The notes: a model not told the origin generated them from the sequence alone. DNA of 64,000 bases from Patescibacteria group bacterium (GCA_041650995.1 JBAZJZ010000001.1:427302-491301); one strand, 5' to 3'. Positions 1-9,510 are shown, counted from the first letter of the stretch. Made by a program: numbers and translations.

Positions 1-318
1 GTTTTTGAACCGGGAAAATATTATTTAGTAAAAACAATGGAAAAAGTAAATTTGCCGGTCACTGTCTCCGGAATTATTTTTCCGCGCACAACTCTTTTCC
101 GCTCTGGATTGGGTCTTTTTAACGGCATTGTCCAGCCAGGCTATCAAGGCGAACTGACTTTTGGACTTTGCAATCTCGGAAAATCAAATATTAAAATTTC
201 TTTCGGCGCGCGAGTTGTCCACATTACTTTCCACGAAGTGCTGGGTGAAGGTAATCAATATCGCGGACAATGGCAAGGCGGTCGAGTCGCGACCGGCGGT
301 AAAGAAATGCAAGTATGA
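1..318 (+). CDS. dCTP deaminase/dUTPase family protein, 5' part outside window
   Basis: Frame is open from base 1 (VFEPGKYYLVKTME). PRTTLFRSGL, GIVQPGYQGELT and YRGQWQG resemble trimeric dUTPase/Dcd motifs, and the gene heads a thymidylate operon. Confidence 0.8.
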   Translation, partial: VFEPGKYYLVKTMEKVNLPVTVSGIIFPRTTLFRSGLGLFNGIVQPGYQGELTFGLCNLGKSNIKISFGARVVHITFHEVLGEGNQYRGQWQGGRVATGGKEMQV

Positions 319-818
319 TAAAAATTAGAAAACACTTACGAAAAGACATCCCCTACCGTGTAAAATGGTTAAATAATCCCGAGGTAAACAAGTTTATTGG
401 CGATGAAATGGGGCAAAAGACAAATCTGAAAAAAGAAAAAGAGTGGTTTTCTAATTATCTGAAAGATAAAAACAAAAAATTCTTTACTATTTGTGATGAT
501 TCTAAGCCAATAGGCTTTATGGGATTATCACATATTAGCAAGTCAAATAAAAACGCAGATCTATTTATTGCTATTGGCGAAGATGACTATCGCGGCAAAG
601 GAATTGGAAATATCGCCATAAAATGGTTGACTGATTACGGATTCAAAAAATTAAAACTTCATAAAATCAACTTAGGTGTTGTTAAAGACAATCGCCATGC
701 GGTTAAAATATATAAATCTTTGGGCTTTGTTGTTGAGGGCGAGATGAAAGACGAAATTTTTTATAAAAGCAAATATCATGATTTTTTATCCATGGCAATT
801 TTTAACAGAAAAAAATAA
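315..818 (+). CDS. GNAT family N-acetyltransferase (RimJ/RimL-like)
   Basis: YRGKGIG acetyl-CoA motif plus LHKINLGV, N..A...Y..LGF..EG pattern. Confidence 0.85.
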   Translation: MIKIRKHLRKDIPYRVKWLNNPEVNKFIGDEMGQKTNLKKEKEWFSNYLKDKNKKFFTICDDSKPIGFMGLSHISKSNKNADLFIAIGEDDYRGKGIGNIAIKWLTDYGFKKLKLHKINLGVVKDNRHAVKIYKSLGFVVEGEMKDEIFYKSKYHDFLSMAIFNRKK

Positions 819-827
819 TCTAACTCT

Positions 828-1826
828 ATGGAAAAACACCCCGAATACCAATATTTAGATTTGCTCCAAGATATTTTGGATCACGGTTCGGATAAAAAAT
901 TATTTTTTACTCCGGAGGTTTTGGAGGAATATAAAAAGAAAGGCGAAGAGCCACCTTATATCCGTTCTGTTTTTGGCCGGCAAATCCGTTTTGATTTGAG
1001 AAAGGGTTTTCCGATTCTGACGACAAAGAAAGTTTTTTTCCGCGGAATCATTGAAGAATTAATTTGGTTTTTATCCGGCAGCACAAATGTTAAACCGCTC
1101 GTGGACAAAGACGTGCATATTTGGGATGAATGGGCTTGGAAAAGATATCATAAATATTGTTTGCAAAATAAACCCGAGGAAGATTTGACCCAGGAAAATT
1201 TTATAAAAAAAATTAAAGAACTGCCGGCGGACGATGAATTTGTAAAAAAATGGGGCGACCTGATTTGTGTTTACGGAAAAATGTGGCGACGCTGGCCGGC
1301 CTCGGACGGTCGCGAGATTGATCAACTCGGCTGGTGCATTCAAGGTTTGAAAGAAAAACCATTTAGAAAATCTTATGTTGTTTCCGCCTGGAATCCGGAT
1401 TTTATTTATGCCATGGCTTCAAAAGGCAACGCTAATGAAGTCCCGCCTTTTTGCCACACGATGTATCAATTCCAGGTCACGGGCGACGGCGTTTTGAACT
1501 TAGGATTATACCAACGAAGCGCTGATGTTTTTTTGGGCGTCCCGTTTAATATCACAAGTTACGCTCTCCTGCTTTTGATGGTCGCGCAAATTACCGGATT
1601 AAAACCCGGCGAATTTGTTCACACTTTTGGCGACGTGCATATTTATTCCAATCATTTTGATCAAGTCAAAGAACAAATAAGCCGTGAACCAAAACCGTGG
1701 CCGACAATGAAACTGAATCCTGAAATAAAAAATATTGATGATTTTAAATTTGAAGATTTTGAATTGCAAAATTACGAATCTCATCCGGCAATTAAAGCGG
1801 AAATCGCCAACATCGGCGGGTTCTAA
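828..1826 (+). CDS. thyA: thymidylate synthase (atypical phosphate-binding residues)
   Basis: GFPILTTKKV, ELIWFLSG, VSAWNP, PPFCH (catalytic Cys), YQRSADVFLGVPFN and GDVHIYSNH motifs; adjacent to folA. Confidence 0.93.
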   Translation: MEKHPEYQYLDLLQDILDHGSDKKLFFTPEVLEEYKKKGEEPPYIRSVFGRQIRFDLRKGFPILTTKKVFFRGIIEELIWFLSGSTNVKPLVDKDVHIWDEWAWKRYHKYCLQNKPEEDLTQENFIKKIKELPADDEFVKKWGDLICVYGKMWRRWPASDGREIDQLGWCIQGLKEKPFRKSYVVSAWNPDFIYAMASKGNANEVPPFCHTMYQFQVTGDGVLNLGLYQRSADVFLGVPFNITSYALLLLMVAQITGLKPGEFVHTFGDVHIYSNHFDQVKEQISREPKPWPTMKLNPEIKNIDDFKFEDFELQNYESHPAIKAEIANIGGF

Positions 1827-1829
1827 AAA

Positions 1830-1908
1830 TTCCCCTCCTCTTTGAGGAGGGGTTAGGGATGGTGCGGATTTCAAAACCACCCCAGCCCCTCCTTGGAAAG
1901 GAGAGGAA
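1830..1908. repeat. REP-like palindrome pair between thyA and folA
   Basis: CCCCTCCTC-TTTG-AGGAGGGG-TTAGGGATGGT followed by an inverted counterpart ACCACCCCAG-CCCCTCCTT-GGAA-AGGAGAGG; similar to the palindromes at 53133-53274. Confidence 0.65.
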
Positions 1909-1922
1909 AATATATTTAATCT

Positions 1923-2420
1923 ATGACTATCTCAGCCATCGCTGTCACAAACAAAAACCGCGCGATCGGTTTTAAAAATAAATTGCTCTGGAATCTTCCG
2001 CCCGACCTGGAACATTTTAAAAAAATCACTTCCGGCCACACAATAATTATGGGCGGCAATACTTTTGTCTCGCTCGGCCGTCCCCTTCCGAAACGCGTAA
2101 ATATTGTTATAACCAAAAATAAAAATTTTTCTGCGCCGGGATGTATTATTGTTTCTTCGCCAGAAGAAGCCTTAGAGCGCGCGAAGGCGGAAGAAGAAAA
2201 ATTTCCCACCAAGCAAAAAGAAGTTTTCGTAATCGGCGGCGCTTCAATTTATGCGCAAATGTTGCCGCATGTTGAAAAACTTTATTTGACTATCGTGGAC
2301 GATGAGCTTGCGGAAGCCGACACTTATTTTCCGGATTATTCTGCATTCAAAATCACAAGTGAATCCGAACCGCAAGAATATAACGGATTGAAATATAAAT
2401 TTATTGAATTAACGAGATAA
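1923..2420 (+). CDS. folA: dihydrofolate reductase
   Basis: AIGFKNKLLWNLPPDLEHFKKIT, LGRPLPKRVNIV, VIGGASIY and ADTYFP motifs. Confidence 0.95.
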   Translation: MTISAIAVTNKNRAIGFKNKLLWNLPPDLEHFKKITSGHTIIMGGNTFVSLGRPLPKRVNIVITKNKNFSAPGCIIVSSPEEALERAKAEEEKFPTKQKEVFVIGGASIYAQMLPHVEKLYLTIVDDELAEADTYFPDYSAFKITSESEPQEYNGLKYKFIELTR

Positions 2421-2428
2421 TTTTTAAA

Positions 2429-3010
2429 ATGAATAAATTTGTCGCTATAGTCGGGATGCCCGGCGCGGGAAAAAGCGAGGTGGCCGACGAACTCATCAAA
2501 CACGGCTACCAATACATCCGTTTTGGCCAAATCACTTTAGACGAAGTTAAAAAACGCGGCCTCGCACCGACAGAAGAAAATGAAAGGCCAATCCGCGAAG
2601 AGCTCCGAAAACAATACGGTCCGGGAGCATTTGCCACTTTGAATATTCCAAAATTTGATGAGGCATTAAAAATTGGCAATGTTGTTGGCGACGGACTTTA
2701 TAGCTGGTCTGAATATAAAATTTTAAAAGATAAATACAAAGAAAATTTAATTGTCATCGCGGTTTACGCGCCGCCAAAATTAAGATGTGAGAGATTAGCA
2801 AATCGAGCCGGGCGACACGGCGATGATCCAAAATTAAAATATCGCTCCTCCACTCCAGAATCTGCAAAAGCCCGCGACTACGCGGAAATTGAAAATATAG
2901 AAAAGGGAGGACCAATCGCCATGGCCGATTACACAATTATAAATATTGGAACGTTGGACGAACTTCGAACCCAAGCAGAAAAAATTTTGGAAGAAATAAA
3001 TAATTTTTAA
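2429..3010 (+). CDS. P-loop nucleotide kinase (archaeal-type dephospho-CoA kinase/UPF0200-like)
   Basis: GMPGAGKS Walker A, DGLYSWSE, RD..EI and IAMADYTIIN.GT pattern. Confidence 0.7.
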   Translation: MNKFVAIVGMPGAGKSEVADELIKHGYQYIRFGQITLDEVKKRGLAPTEENERPIREELRKQYGPGAFATLNIPKFDEALKIGNVVGDGLYSWSEYKILKDKYKENLIVIAVYAPPKLRCERLANRAGRHGDDPKLKYRSSTPESAKARDYAEIENIEKGGPIAMADYTIINIGTLDELRTQAEKILEEINNF

Positions 3011-3014
3011 AAAT

Positions 3015-3737
3015 ATGAAAAAGGGCGCCTTCGTTTTGGTCGATGGCATTGATGGCTCCGGCAAGGCGGCGATTATTAAATCTCTGGCTGCTTGGGCTGA
3101 AAATAAAAAATTGAAAATTTTGGATTTAAAAGATTATTGGAAAATAAAACACACTTTTCCGGAGCCGGAAGAAATTGCCGAATACGACGTAATAATTTCC
3201 GCCGAACCGACTTATTCCATGGTCGGCCAGGCAATCCGCGAAGAAATTGTCCGTGAAAACAACCGACAATATTCAGCCTGGACTACGGCTGAAGCTTTTT
3301 CTCTTGACCGCGAAATTTTATACCGCCGCGTAATTCTTCCAGCGCTGGAACAAGGAAAAATAATTTTTCAGGAACGCGGCGTCACAACTTCCATAATTTA
3401 CCAACCAATCCAAAAAGAATTCCTGGAACTTGAAAAAATTTTAGAATTGCCCGGAAACAAATTAGCGCTCGAATACCGGCCGGATTTAATTATCATCGCT
3501 CTTGTTGATCCGAAAGAAGCCGTGAAGCGGATTACTGAACGGGATAAAAAAGATTATTCAATTTTTGAAAAACTCCCCTTTTTGGAAAAAATCGCCGAAA
3601 GATTTGCCGCGCCGTGGTTTCGAAAGCTTATGGAAAAACACAGCAGTGAATTTGTTTATTTAAAGACAGATAAAACCGTTTATGATACAATAAAGGAAAC
3701 TACCGATATTTGGGAAAATTTTTTAAAAAAAATATAA
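3015..3737 (+). CDS. tmk: thymidylate kinase
   Basis: DGIDGSGK P-loop, SAEPT, ERGVTTSIIYQ and RPDLIII; lies in the thyA-folA operon. Confidence 0.8.
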   Translation: MKKGAFVLVDGIDGSGKAAIIKSLAAWAENKKLKILDLKDYWKIKHTFPEPEEIAEYDVIISAEPTYSMVGQAIREEIVRENNRQYSAWTTAEAFSLDREILYRRVILPALEQGKIIFQERGVTTSIIYQPIQKEFLELEKILELPGNKLALEYRPDLIIIALVDPKEAVKRITERDKKDYSIFEKLPFLEKIAERFAAPWFRKLMEKHSSEFVYLKTDKTVYDTIKETTDIWENFLKKI

Positions 3738-3773
3738 TTAATCGCGAATTTTTCTTAAAATCCGCCAAAAACT

Positions 3774-4499
3774 ATGCTTATCAAAGTCGCCGATCTAATA
3801 CGCGAAAGCTGGGCACTTTACAAAAATAATTTCGCCCTTTTCGCGAAAATTATTGCCTGGCTCCTTATTCCTTCCGTCATTTTATCTTTGTTGCCCTACT
3901 TCATTTCAAACCCCGTGGTTTTCATGGCGACAAACTTTCTTCTTTCGCTTGCCTCGTGGATGCTGAGTGTTTTAATTATGATTGCTTTAATTCTGGCAAT
4001 GGATGCTGTTCTCAAAAAAGAACCAGTTAATCTAAAAAATATTTATAATTTAAGTTATTCAAAAACTTTTTCCGGAATTATCATCTCCATTTTGGTTTCC
4101 CTCGCGGTCGGCTTTGGCACGCTCCTTTTAATCATCCCTGGCATAATTTTTTCCGTCTGGTTTTCTTTCAGTCTTTACATCTTAGTGCTGGAAAATAAAA
4201 AAGGAACTGAAGCTCTTTCCGCCAGCCGCCAATTGGTAAAAGGGAAATTTTGGCCGATTCTCTGGCGCTGGATTGCTCCAAATTTTGTCTACGGCATAAT
4301 TCTTCTCATCGTCATTCTTATTCCCGTTTATATAATTGATTTTGCCGTCGGCCAGCCAGGCGCAAGCTTCACCGCAACTTCAACATGGTGGTCAATGATT
4401 ATTGCCAATGTTATTCCTGTTTTTGCTGCCCCATTATTTTACGCATTGGGATTTATCCTCTATAACTCTGTTAAAAAAAGCGCGGCTCTGCCGCAATAA
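3774..4499 (+). CDS. multi-pass membrane protein (DUF975-like)
   Basis: About 6 hydrophobic segments; LLLIIPGII..VWFSF and ALS.S..LVKGKFW pattern. Confidence 0.65.
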   Translation: MLIKVADLIRESWALYKNNFALFAKIIAWLLIPSVILSLLPYFISNPVVFMATNFLLSLASWMLSVLIMIALILAMDAVLKKEPVNLKNIYNLSYSKTFSGIIISILVSLAVGFGTLLLIIPGIIFSVWFSFSLYILVLENKKGTEALSASRQLVKGKFWPILWRWIAPNFVYGIILLIVILIPVYIIDFAVGQPGASFTATSTWWSMIIANVIPVFAAPLFYALGFILYNSVKKSAALPQ

Positions 4500-4529
4500 T
4501 AAATTGCGAAGCAATCTGATCTGAATTTT

Positions 4530-6074
4530 ATGCATCTGGTCCCGGTCATTGGACTTGAAATTCATGTCCAATTAAAAACAAAATCAAAAATGTTCTGCGG
4601 TTGCGACAATACCGGCGAAGATCAGCCGCCGAACACAACCGTCTGCCCTATTTGCATGGGTCATCCTGGCACGCTCCCCGTCATCAACGAGCAGGCGTTG
4701 GAGTGGGCCGGACTTATGGCCCTGGCTTTAAATTGTAAAATTCAAAAATCTTCAAAGTTTGACCGCAAACAATATTTTTATCCCGATCTGCCAAAGGGTT
4801 ACCAAATTTCCCAATATGACAAACCTGTATGCTTGGACGGTTTTTTGGAAATTGATATTCCGACCAAAGATGAAAAAAAACAACGGCCTTGGGCGAAGAT
4901 AAAAATAAACCGTGTTCATCTCGAAGAAGATGCCGCAAAAACATTCCATAGCGAAGATGGAAAAAATAGTCTTGTTGACTATAACCGTTCTGGCACGCCA
5001 CTTCTGGAAATTGTCACCGAGCCGGACATTGCCTCGCCCCTTGAAGCAAAAATTTTCATGCAGGAATTGCGGCTTATCGCCCGCTATCTTGGAATTTCCG
5101 ACGCGGATATGGAAAAAGGTCATCTCCGCTGCGATGCTAATATTTCTCTCCGAGAAGTTCTTGACGACCCAACCAAAGAAAAAAAATTAGTAAAACTTAA
5201 CGCAAAAACCGAAATTAAAAATTTAAATTCTTTCCGAGCGGTTGAACGCGCGCTGGAATACGAAATCAAAAGGCAAACCGAACTTTGGGAAAAAGGAAAA
5301 CCGCCGACCATTACCACAACTCGCGGCTGGAACGATGTAAAACAAATAACTATAGACCAACGCACGAAAGAAGCTGAAAACGATTATCGCTATTTCCCCG
5401 AACCAGACTTGCCTCCGCTTGATTTGAGTAAACTAGAAGAAAAAGTTAAAAGCAAACTTCCTGAACTGCCTCGCGCTAAAAAAATAAGATTTGTGTCTCA
5501 ATACGAATTTACTGACGAAGAAACAAAAATTTTGATTGAAGACAAAAAACTCGCTAACTACGCGGAAAATATCATTTCCGAACTGCAAGCATGGCTCCTT
5601 TCACTAGAAGGGATTGAAGGAACAGAGGAAGAAATCTGGGAAAAAAATAAACACAAACTTGTCCGTCTTGTCGCCGGATGGCTCATAAATAAACTCTGCG
5701 GATTAATGGCTGATAATAAAATTGATATACGCCGCCTAAAAATCACTCCGGAAAATTTTGCCGAGTTTATCACCATGATTTATCAAAATAAAATTTCCGG
5801 GCCGACAGCACTGAAAATTCTTGAAGAAATGATGCTAACAGGCGGAGATCCTTCGCAGATTATGGAAAGTAAAAATCTCGGCCAGATAAGCGACGCTGGC
5901 GAGATAGAAAAAATAATTGACGAACTTCTCACCGACCACCCCGAAGAAACTGTAGAATACAAACAAGGAAAAACCGCCCTGCTCCAATTCTTCATCGGCC
6001 AAGTAATGAAAAAAACCCAAGGCAAAGCTAATCCTAAAATCGCCGAAGAAATTATTAAAAAGAAACTCGGATAG
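4530..6074 (+). CDS. gatB: Asp/Glu-tRNA amidotransferase subunit B
   Basis: VIGLEIHVQL.TKSKMFC, FDRKQYFYPDLPKGYQISQ, HLEEDAAK, RCDANIS and YRYFPEPDLPP motifs. Confidence 0.97.
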   Translation: MHLVPVIGLEIHVQLKTKSKMFCGCDNTGEDQPPNTTVCPICMGHPGTLPVINEQALEWAGLMALALNCKIQKSSKFDRKQYFYPDLPKGYQISQYDKPVCLDGFLEIDIPTKDEKKQRPWAKIKINRVHLEEDAAKTFHSEDGKNSLVDYNRSGTPLLEIVTEPDIASPLEAKIFMQELRLIARYLGISDADMEKGHLRCDANISLREVLDDPTKEKKLVKLNAKTEIKNLNSFRAVERALEYEIKRQTELWEKGKPPTITTTRGWNDVKQITIDQRTKEAENDYRYFPEPDLPPLDLSKLEEKVKSKLPELPRAKKIRFVSQYEFTDEETKILIEDKKLANYAENIISELQAWLLSLEGIEGTEEEIWEKNKHKLVRLVAGWLINKLCGLMADNKIDIRRLKITPENFAEFITMIYQNKISGPTALKILEEMMLTGGDPSQIMESKNLGQISDAGEIEKIIDELLTDHPEETVEYKQGKTALLQFFIGQVMKKTQGKANPKIAEEIIKKKLG

Positions 6075-6080
6075 AAAATC

Positions 6081-6111
6081 AAAAACTGCTCAAATTTCCT
6101 GGGCAGTTTTT
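6081..6111 (+). terminator. intrinsic terminator after gatB
   Basis: AAAAACTGCTCA-AATTTCC-TGGGCAGTTTTT hairpin with T tail. Confidence 0.65.
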
Positions 6112-6178
6112 GGTCTTGCTATCCTCTCCGCGATTTCCGCGGAGGGTCCGAGCCCATGGCAAAGAAAGGAGGAACGCC

Positions 6179-6424
6179 ATGACTCGACATGCTGAAGAGG
6201 CGCGCGTTGGAGAGGAAGGTGACGTCCCAGAGTGCATCCACAAGAAGCCCTGGGCCAAATGCGCCTGTTGCCGGGGAAAATTCGGCATGCTGGTGATCGA
6301 CCTGGACATTTTGCTCAGTCGAAACCAGCCGCCGGAAGTCGTCGGCAATCTGGTGGCAGAAGGCATCCGGAGGATGCGACGCGGAAAGGAGGAACTGGAA
6401 AGACGTGGGGCAAGTCCCAAGTAG
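6179..6424 (+). CDS. small putative Zn-binding protein (81 aa, CxH-x6-CxxC)
   Basis: AAGGAGG Shine-Dalgarno site just before ATG 6179, which is preferred over the track start at 6110; CIHKKPWAKCACC motif; hairpin follows. Confidence 0.55.
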   Translation: MTRHAEEARVGEEGDVPECIHKKPWAKCACCRGKFGMLVIDLDILLSRNQPPEVVGNLVAEGIRRMRRGKEELERRGASPK

Positions 6425-6480
6425 AATAAAACACATGAGACCAAAAAGGGCGTTTTGCTTTAAGCACCACGCCCTTAATT

Positions 6481-7413
6481 TTATTTAATCCACTTTTTTA
6501 TTTTTTCTTCTATTTCTTTATAATTTTTTATCCACTTAATTCTTTTATCACGGCGAAACCAAGTCATCTGCCGCCTGGCATACGCATGCGTCCTATATTT
6601 TATTTTTTGAGCTGCTTCTACGAGATCTTGTTTGCCCAATAAGTATTCGCCAATTTCCTTATATCCAATCCCGCTCATGGACGGAAGATTTGGATTATAT
6701 TTTTTTAATAATTTTTTTGTTTCGTTAACCAAACCGTCTTTTATCATTTTCTCCACCCGCCGGTCAATGTTTTCATAAAGTTTTTGCCGCGGAACATTTA
6801 TTCCAATTTGTAAAACATCAAATAGCGGCTCACCCTTTTCTCGCAATTTGGAAAATTGTTTGCCAGTCGCAAGACATACTTCAAGGGCGCGAATTATTCT
6901 CCGCGGATTATTGGCGTCCACTGCCTCGGCCGCGCCAGGATCAAGTTTTAATAATTTTTTATACCATTTCGCGATAGCGCCGGGTTTTTTAATTTCTTTT
7001 TCAAATTGTGCTCGCAATTTTTTATTTGGCGGCACCGCCGGAATTTCCAAATTATCAACAATAGATTGAATATATAATCCGGTTCCCCCAACTAAAAACG
7101 GCACCTTGCCGCGCTTCAAAATATCTTTAATCGCCGCAAGCGCCTTCTTCTTATAATCCGCCAAAGTAAATTCTTCGTCAGGCTTTAACACATCAAGCAA
7201 ATAATGTTCCACGCCTTTTTTATCAATCACCTTTCCTGTCCCAACATTCATTCCTTGGTAAATCTGCCTTGAATCGGCATTTACAATTTCTCCCTTAAAT
7301 TTTTTCGCCAATTTCAAAGACAAGCCCGTCTTTCCCGACGCCGTCGGACCCAAAATTACTATCAGTTTTGGCAACTGGAGTCCCGCCTTTAGGCGGGGTT
7401 TAGATATTGACAT
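6481..7413 (-). CDS. miaA: tRNA dimethylallyltransferase
   Basis: GPTASGKT, NADSRQIY.GMNVGTGK, VGGTGLYI, RRIIRALEV and YARRQMTWFR motifs. Confidence 0.97.
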   Translation of the reverse strand: MSISKPRLKAGLQLPKLIVILGPTASGKTGLSLKLAKKFKGEIVNADSRQIYQGMNVGTGKVIDKKGVEHYLLDVLKPDEEFTLADYKKKALAAIKDILKRGKVPFLVGGTGLYIQSIVDNLEIPAVPPNKKLRAQFEKEIKKPGAIAKWYKKLLKLDPGAAEAVDANNPRRIIRALEVCLATGKQFSKLREKGEPLFDVLQIGINVPRQKLYENIDRRVEKMIKDGLVNETKKLLKKYNPNLPSMSGIGYKEIGEYLLGKQDLVEAAQKIKYRTHAYARRQMTWFRRDKRIKWIKNYKEIEEKIKKWIK

Positions 7414-7459
7414 ATTATCTTTTTTATATTAACTTAAAGGCAGCAAAGGAGGAAAAATA

Positions 7460-7684
7460 ATGACCAAGAAGACTATCCGCATAGTCGCCGCAACATTATT
7501 CGGCTTACTGGCATTGACATTTGCCTGGGCTGCGGACAGCTACGGGGACGGACCATCCTTCAGCTCTCCACCGCCACTCGCCTACTTCGTGGTGTTCGGT
7601 GGCTTTTCTATCGCATGTCTGGTAATGGCCGTTTTGTTCATTTGCAAGCCGCCGCCCTGCATGAAAGATTCGCCAAGGGAGTAA
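7460..7684 (+). CDS. small two-TM membrane protein
   Basis: AAAGGAGG Shine-Dalgarno site, two hydrophobic helices, GC-richer than neighbours. Confidence 0.6.
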   Translation: MTKKTIRIVAATLFGLLALTFAWAADSYGDGPSFSSPPPLAYFVVFGGFSIACLVMAVLFICKPPPCMKDSPRE

Positions 7685-7691
7685 CAAGGTC

Positions 7692-7895
7692 ATGAAAAAA
7701 CTCAAGGGTGTGGCCGGCGGGATTGGCTACCTCTTGCTCGCGCTGATTTTTCTCGCTGGTGCCGGAGGAATGGCGACCGTTCCCAATCTCGCGCTCGCCG
7801 AACGAGCGTTCATCGTCATCGTTACGATTATCGCGGTGGTTTGCCTCTTCGCAAAAGCCATCGGTGTGGTTCGTGACGCTTGGAAAAAAGAATAG
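7692..7895 (+). CDS. small two-TM membrane protein
   Basis: Starts 7 bp after the previous ORF; two hydrophobic helices. Confidence 0.55.
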   Translation: MKKLKGVAGGIGYLLLALIFLAGAGGMATVPNLALAERAFIVIVTIIAVVCLFAKAIGVVRDAWKKE

Positions 7896-7924
7896 GTAAG
7901 GCTCCACCTCAAACGGGCCATTTT

Positions 7925-9202
7925 TTATCCTTCCAAAATCCATTCAAACGCTTTTTTTATTTTAACATTAAAAATTTTTCCAATCATATTCTTCTTGCCG
8001 TTGAATCTCACTCTTTTCATTTCTAAAGAATTTCCAATGCACTTTCCGTTTTTATATTCATCTACTAATACCGACACGACTTTCCCGACATATTTCTGAT
8101 TTTTTTCAAAAACAATTTTCTCCATCAAATTCTGTAAAACATCCCGCCGCCGTTTTTTTTCGGCGCGCGGCACATCGTCCTTAAACTTCGCGGCCGCTGT
8201 TCCCTCTCGCGGCGAATATATCGCGAGATACGCAATATCAAAATCTGCTTTTTTATAAAGTTCCACCGTGTTTTGAAACGATTTTTTTGTTTCACCGGGA
8301 AAACCGACAATAATGTCTGTGCCAAGCGCGATGCCTAGCCTTTTTTTATTTATTTTTGCGACGAGTTTTAAATAATCTGCAGTAGTATAACTGCGATTCA
8401 TCTGTTTTAAAACTTTATCATCCCCGGCCTGAAGCGGCAGATGAAGATAATTTACCATTTTGGGCAAAGTCAGGGCGTCAATAACTTCATTTGTCATATC
8501 GCGCGGATGTGGCGCGGTAAAAAAGATTCGTTTAATTCCTCTTATTTGATTTACCTCCCAGAGTAATGCGGCAAAAGGATGTTTATATGGATTTTTTTTG
8601 GAAAAATTTTTAGTATCATCCGGCCAATAGGCATTTACGTTTTGCCCTAAAAGAGTTATTTCAAGACATCCCCTTTTTGCTAAATTTTTTATTTCCGCCA
8701 CCACCTCAACGACAGGCCGACTCACTTCCCTGCCTCGGACGTATGGCACGGCGCAATATGAACAAAAATTATTACAGCCGGTCATGATCGGAACAAACGC
8801 AGAAAATTTTGTTGAGTATCTTGGCTCAATTTTAAAATAATGCTCGTGCCAACTTTGGCAATAATTTTTAAACTTTTCTAAATCAATAATTTGTTTTAAA
8901 TCCAAAACTAAATCAAATTTATCAATAAATTTTTTCTTGTCCCGCGGCAAAATACAGCCGGTTAAAATTGTTTTAAAATTGGGATTAACATTTTTTATTT
9001 TACTTAATTCCCTCGCCCGGCCGTATAAGCGATCCACTGCCGCCTGACGAACAGAACATGCTACGAGCACGGCCAAATCAGCCTGCTTTTCGCTTCTAGC
9101 AGGCTTATAACCAATCTTTTCAAGCACAGCCGCCACTCGTTCCGAATCGGATTTATTCATCTGACAGCCGTAAGCAATAATGTGATATTTATTTTTTCCC
9201 AT
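7925..9202 (-). CDS. miaB: tRNA-2-methylthio-N6-dimethylallyladenosine synthase (MiaB-type methylthiotransferase)
   Basis: YGCQMNKSDSE, CSVR, GCNNFCSYCAVPYVRGRE radical-SAM motif and TDIIVGFPGET; next to miaA. Confidence 0.9.
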   Translation of the reverse strand: MGKNKYHIIAYGCQMNKSDSERVAAVLEKIGYKPARSEKQADLAVLVACSVRQAAVDRLYGRARELSKIKNVNPNFKTILTGCILPRDKKKFIDKFDLVLDLKQIIDLEKFKNYCQSWHEHYFKIEPRYSTKFSAFVPIMTGCNNFCSYCAVPYVRGREVSRPVVEVVAEIKNLAKRGCLEITLLGQNVNAYWPDDTKNFSKKNPYKHPFAALLWEVNQIRGIKRIFFTAPHPRDMTNEVIDALTLPKMVNYLHLPLQAGDDKVLKQMNRSYTTADYLKLVAKINKKRLGIALGTDIIVGFPGETKKSFQNTVELYKKADFDIAYLAIYSPREGTAAAKFKDDVPRAEKKRRRDVLQNLMEKIVFEKNQKYVGKVVSVLVDEYKNGKCIGNSLEMKRVRFNGKKNMIGKIFNVKIKKAFEWILEG

Positions 9203-9230
9203 AGCAATACTTTAACAAAATCATTGATTA

Positions 9231-9259
9231 TTGACAAACCCCACTTTTTTTGCTAAAAT
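9231..9259 (+). promoter_or_regulatory. sigma70-like promoter
   Basis: TTGACA-17 bp-TAAAAT with an extended TG, upstream of ATG 9293. Confidence 0.6.
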
Positions 9260-9292
9260 ATTGATATTAATCCATTTTTATATTATAATTTT

Positions 9293-9457
9293 ATGTCAGA
9301 ATTCAAAAGAGGTTATGAAGAGCCGCGCCGCATTGAGCCCGGCGATTGCCGACATGGCAATAAAGAAGCTACTTGTCCGGAATGTTTAAAGGACATTGAG
9401 GCCGCTGCCGAATCTCTTAAAAGATCGCGAAAACCAAAAAACCCCGAAGAAAAATAA
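9293..9457 (+). CDS. 54-aa microprotein with CxH-x6-CxxC motif (not in ORF track)
   Basis: Hand translation MSEFKRGYEEPRRIEPGDCRHGNKEATCPECLKDIEAAAESLKRSRKPKNPEEK*; flanked by its own promoter and terminator. Confidence 0.6.
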   Translation: MSEFKRGYEEPRRIEPGDCRHGNKEATCPECLKDIEAAAESLKRSRKPKNPEEK

Positions 9458-9479
9458 AAATATCAGAATACAAAAAACT

Positions 9480-9506
9480 AGACAGTCCAACCAGGGCTGT
9501 CTTTTT
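9480..9506 (+). terminator. intrinsic terminator
   Basis: AGACAGTCC-AACCA-GGGCTGTCT hairpin followed by a T run. Confidence 0.55.
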
Positions 9507-9510
9507 ACTC

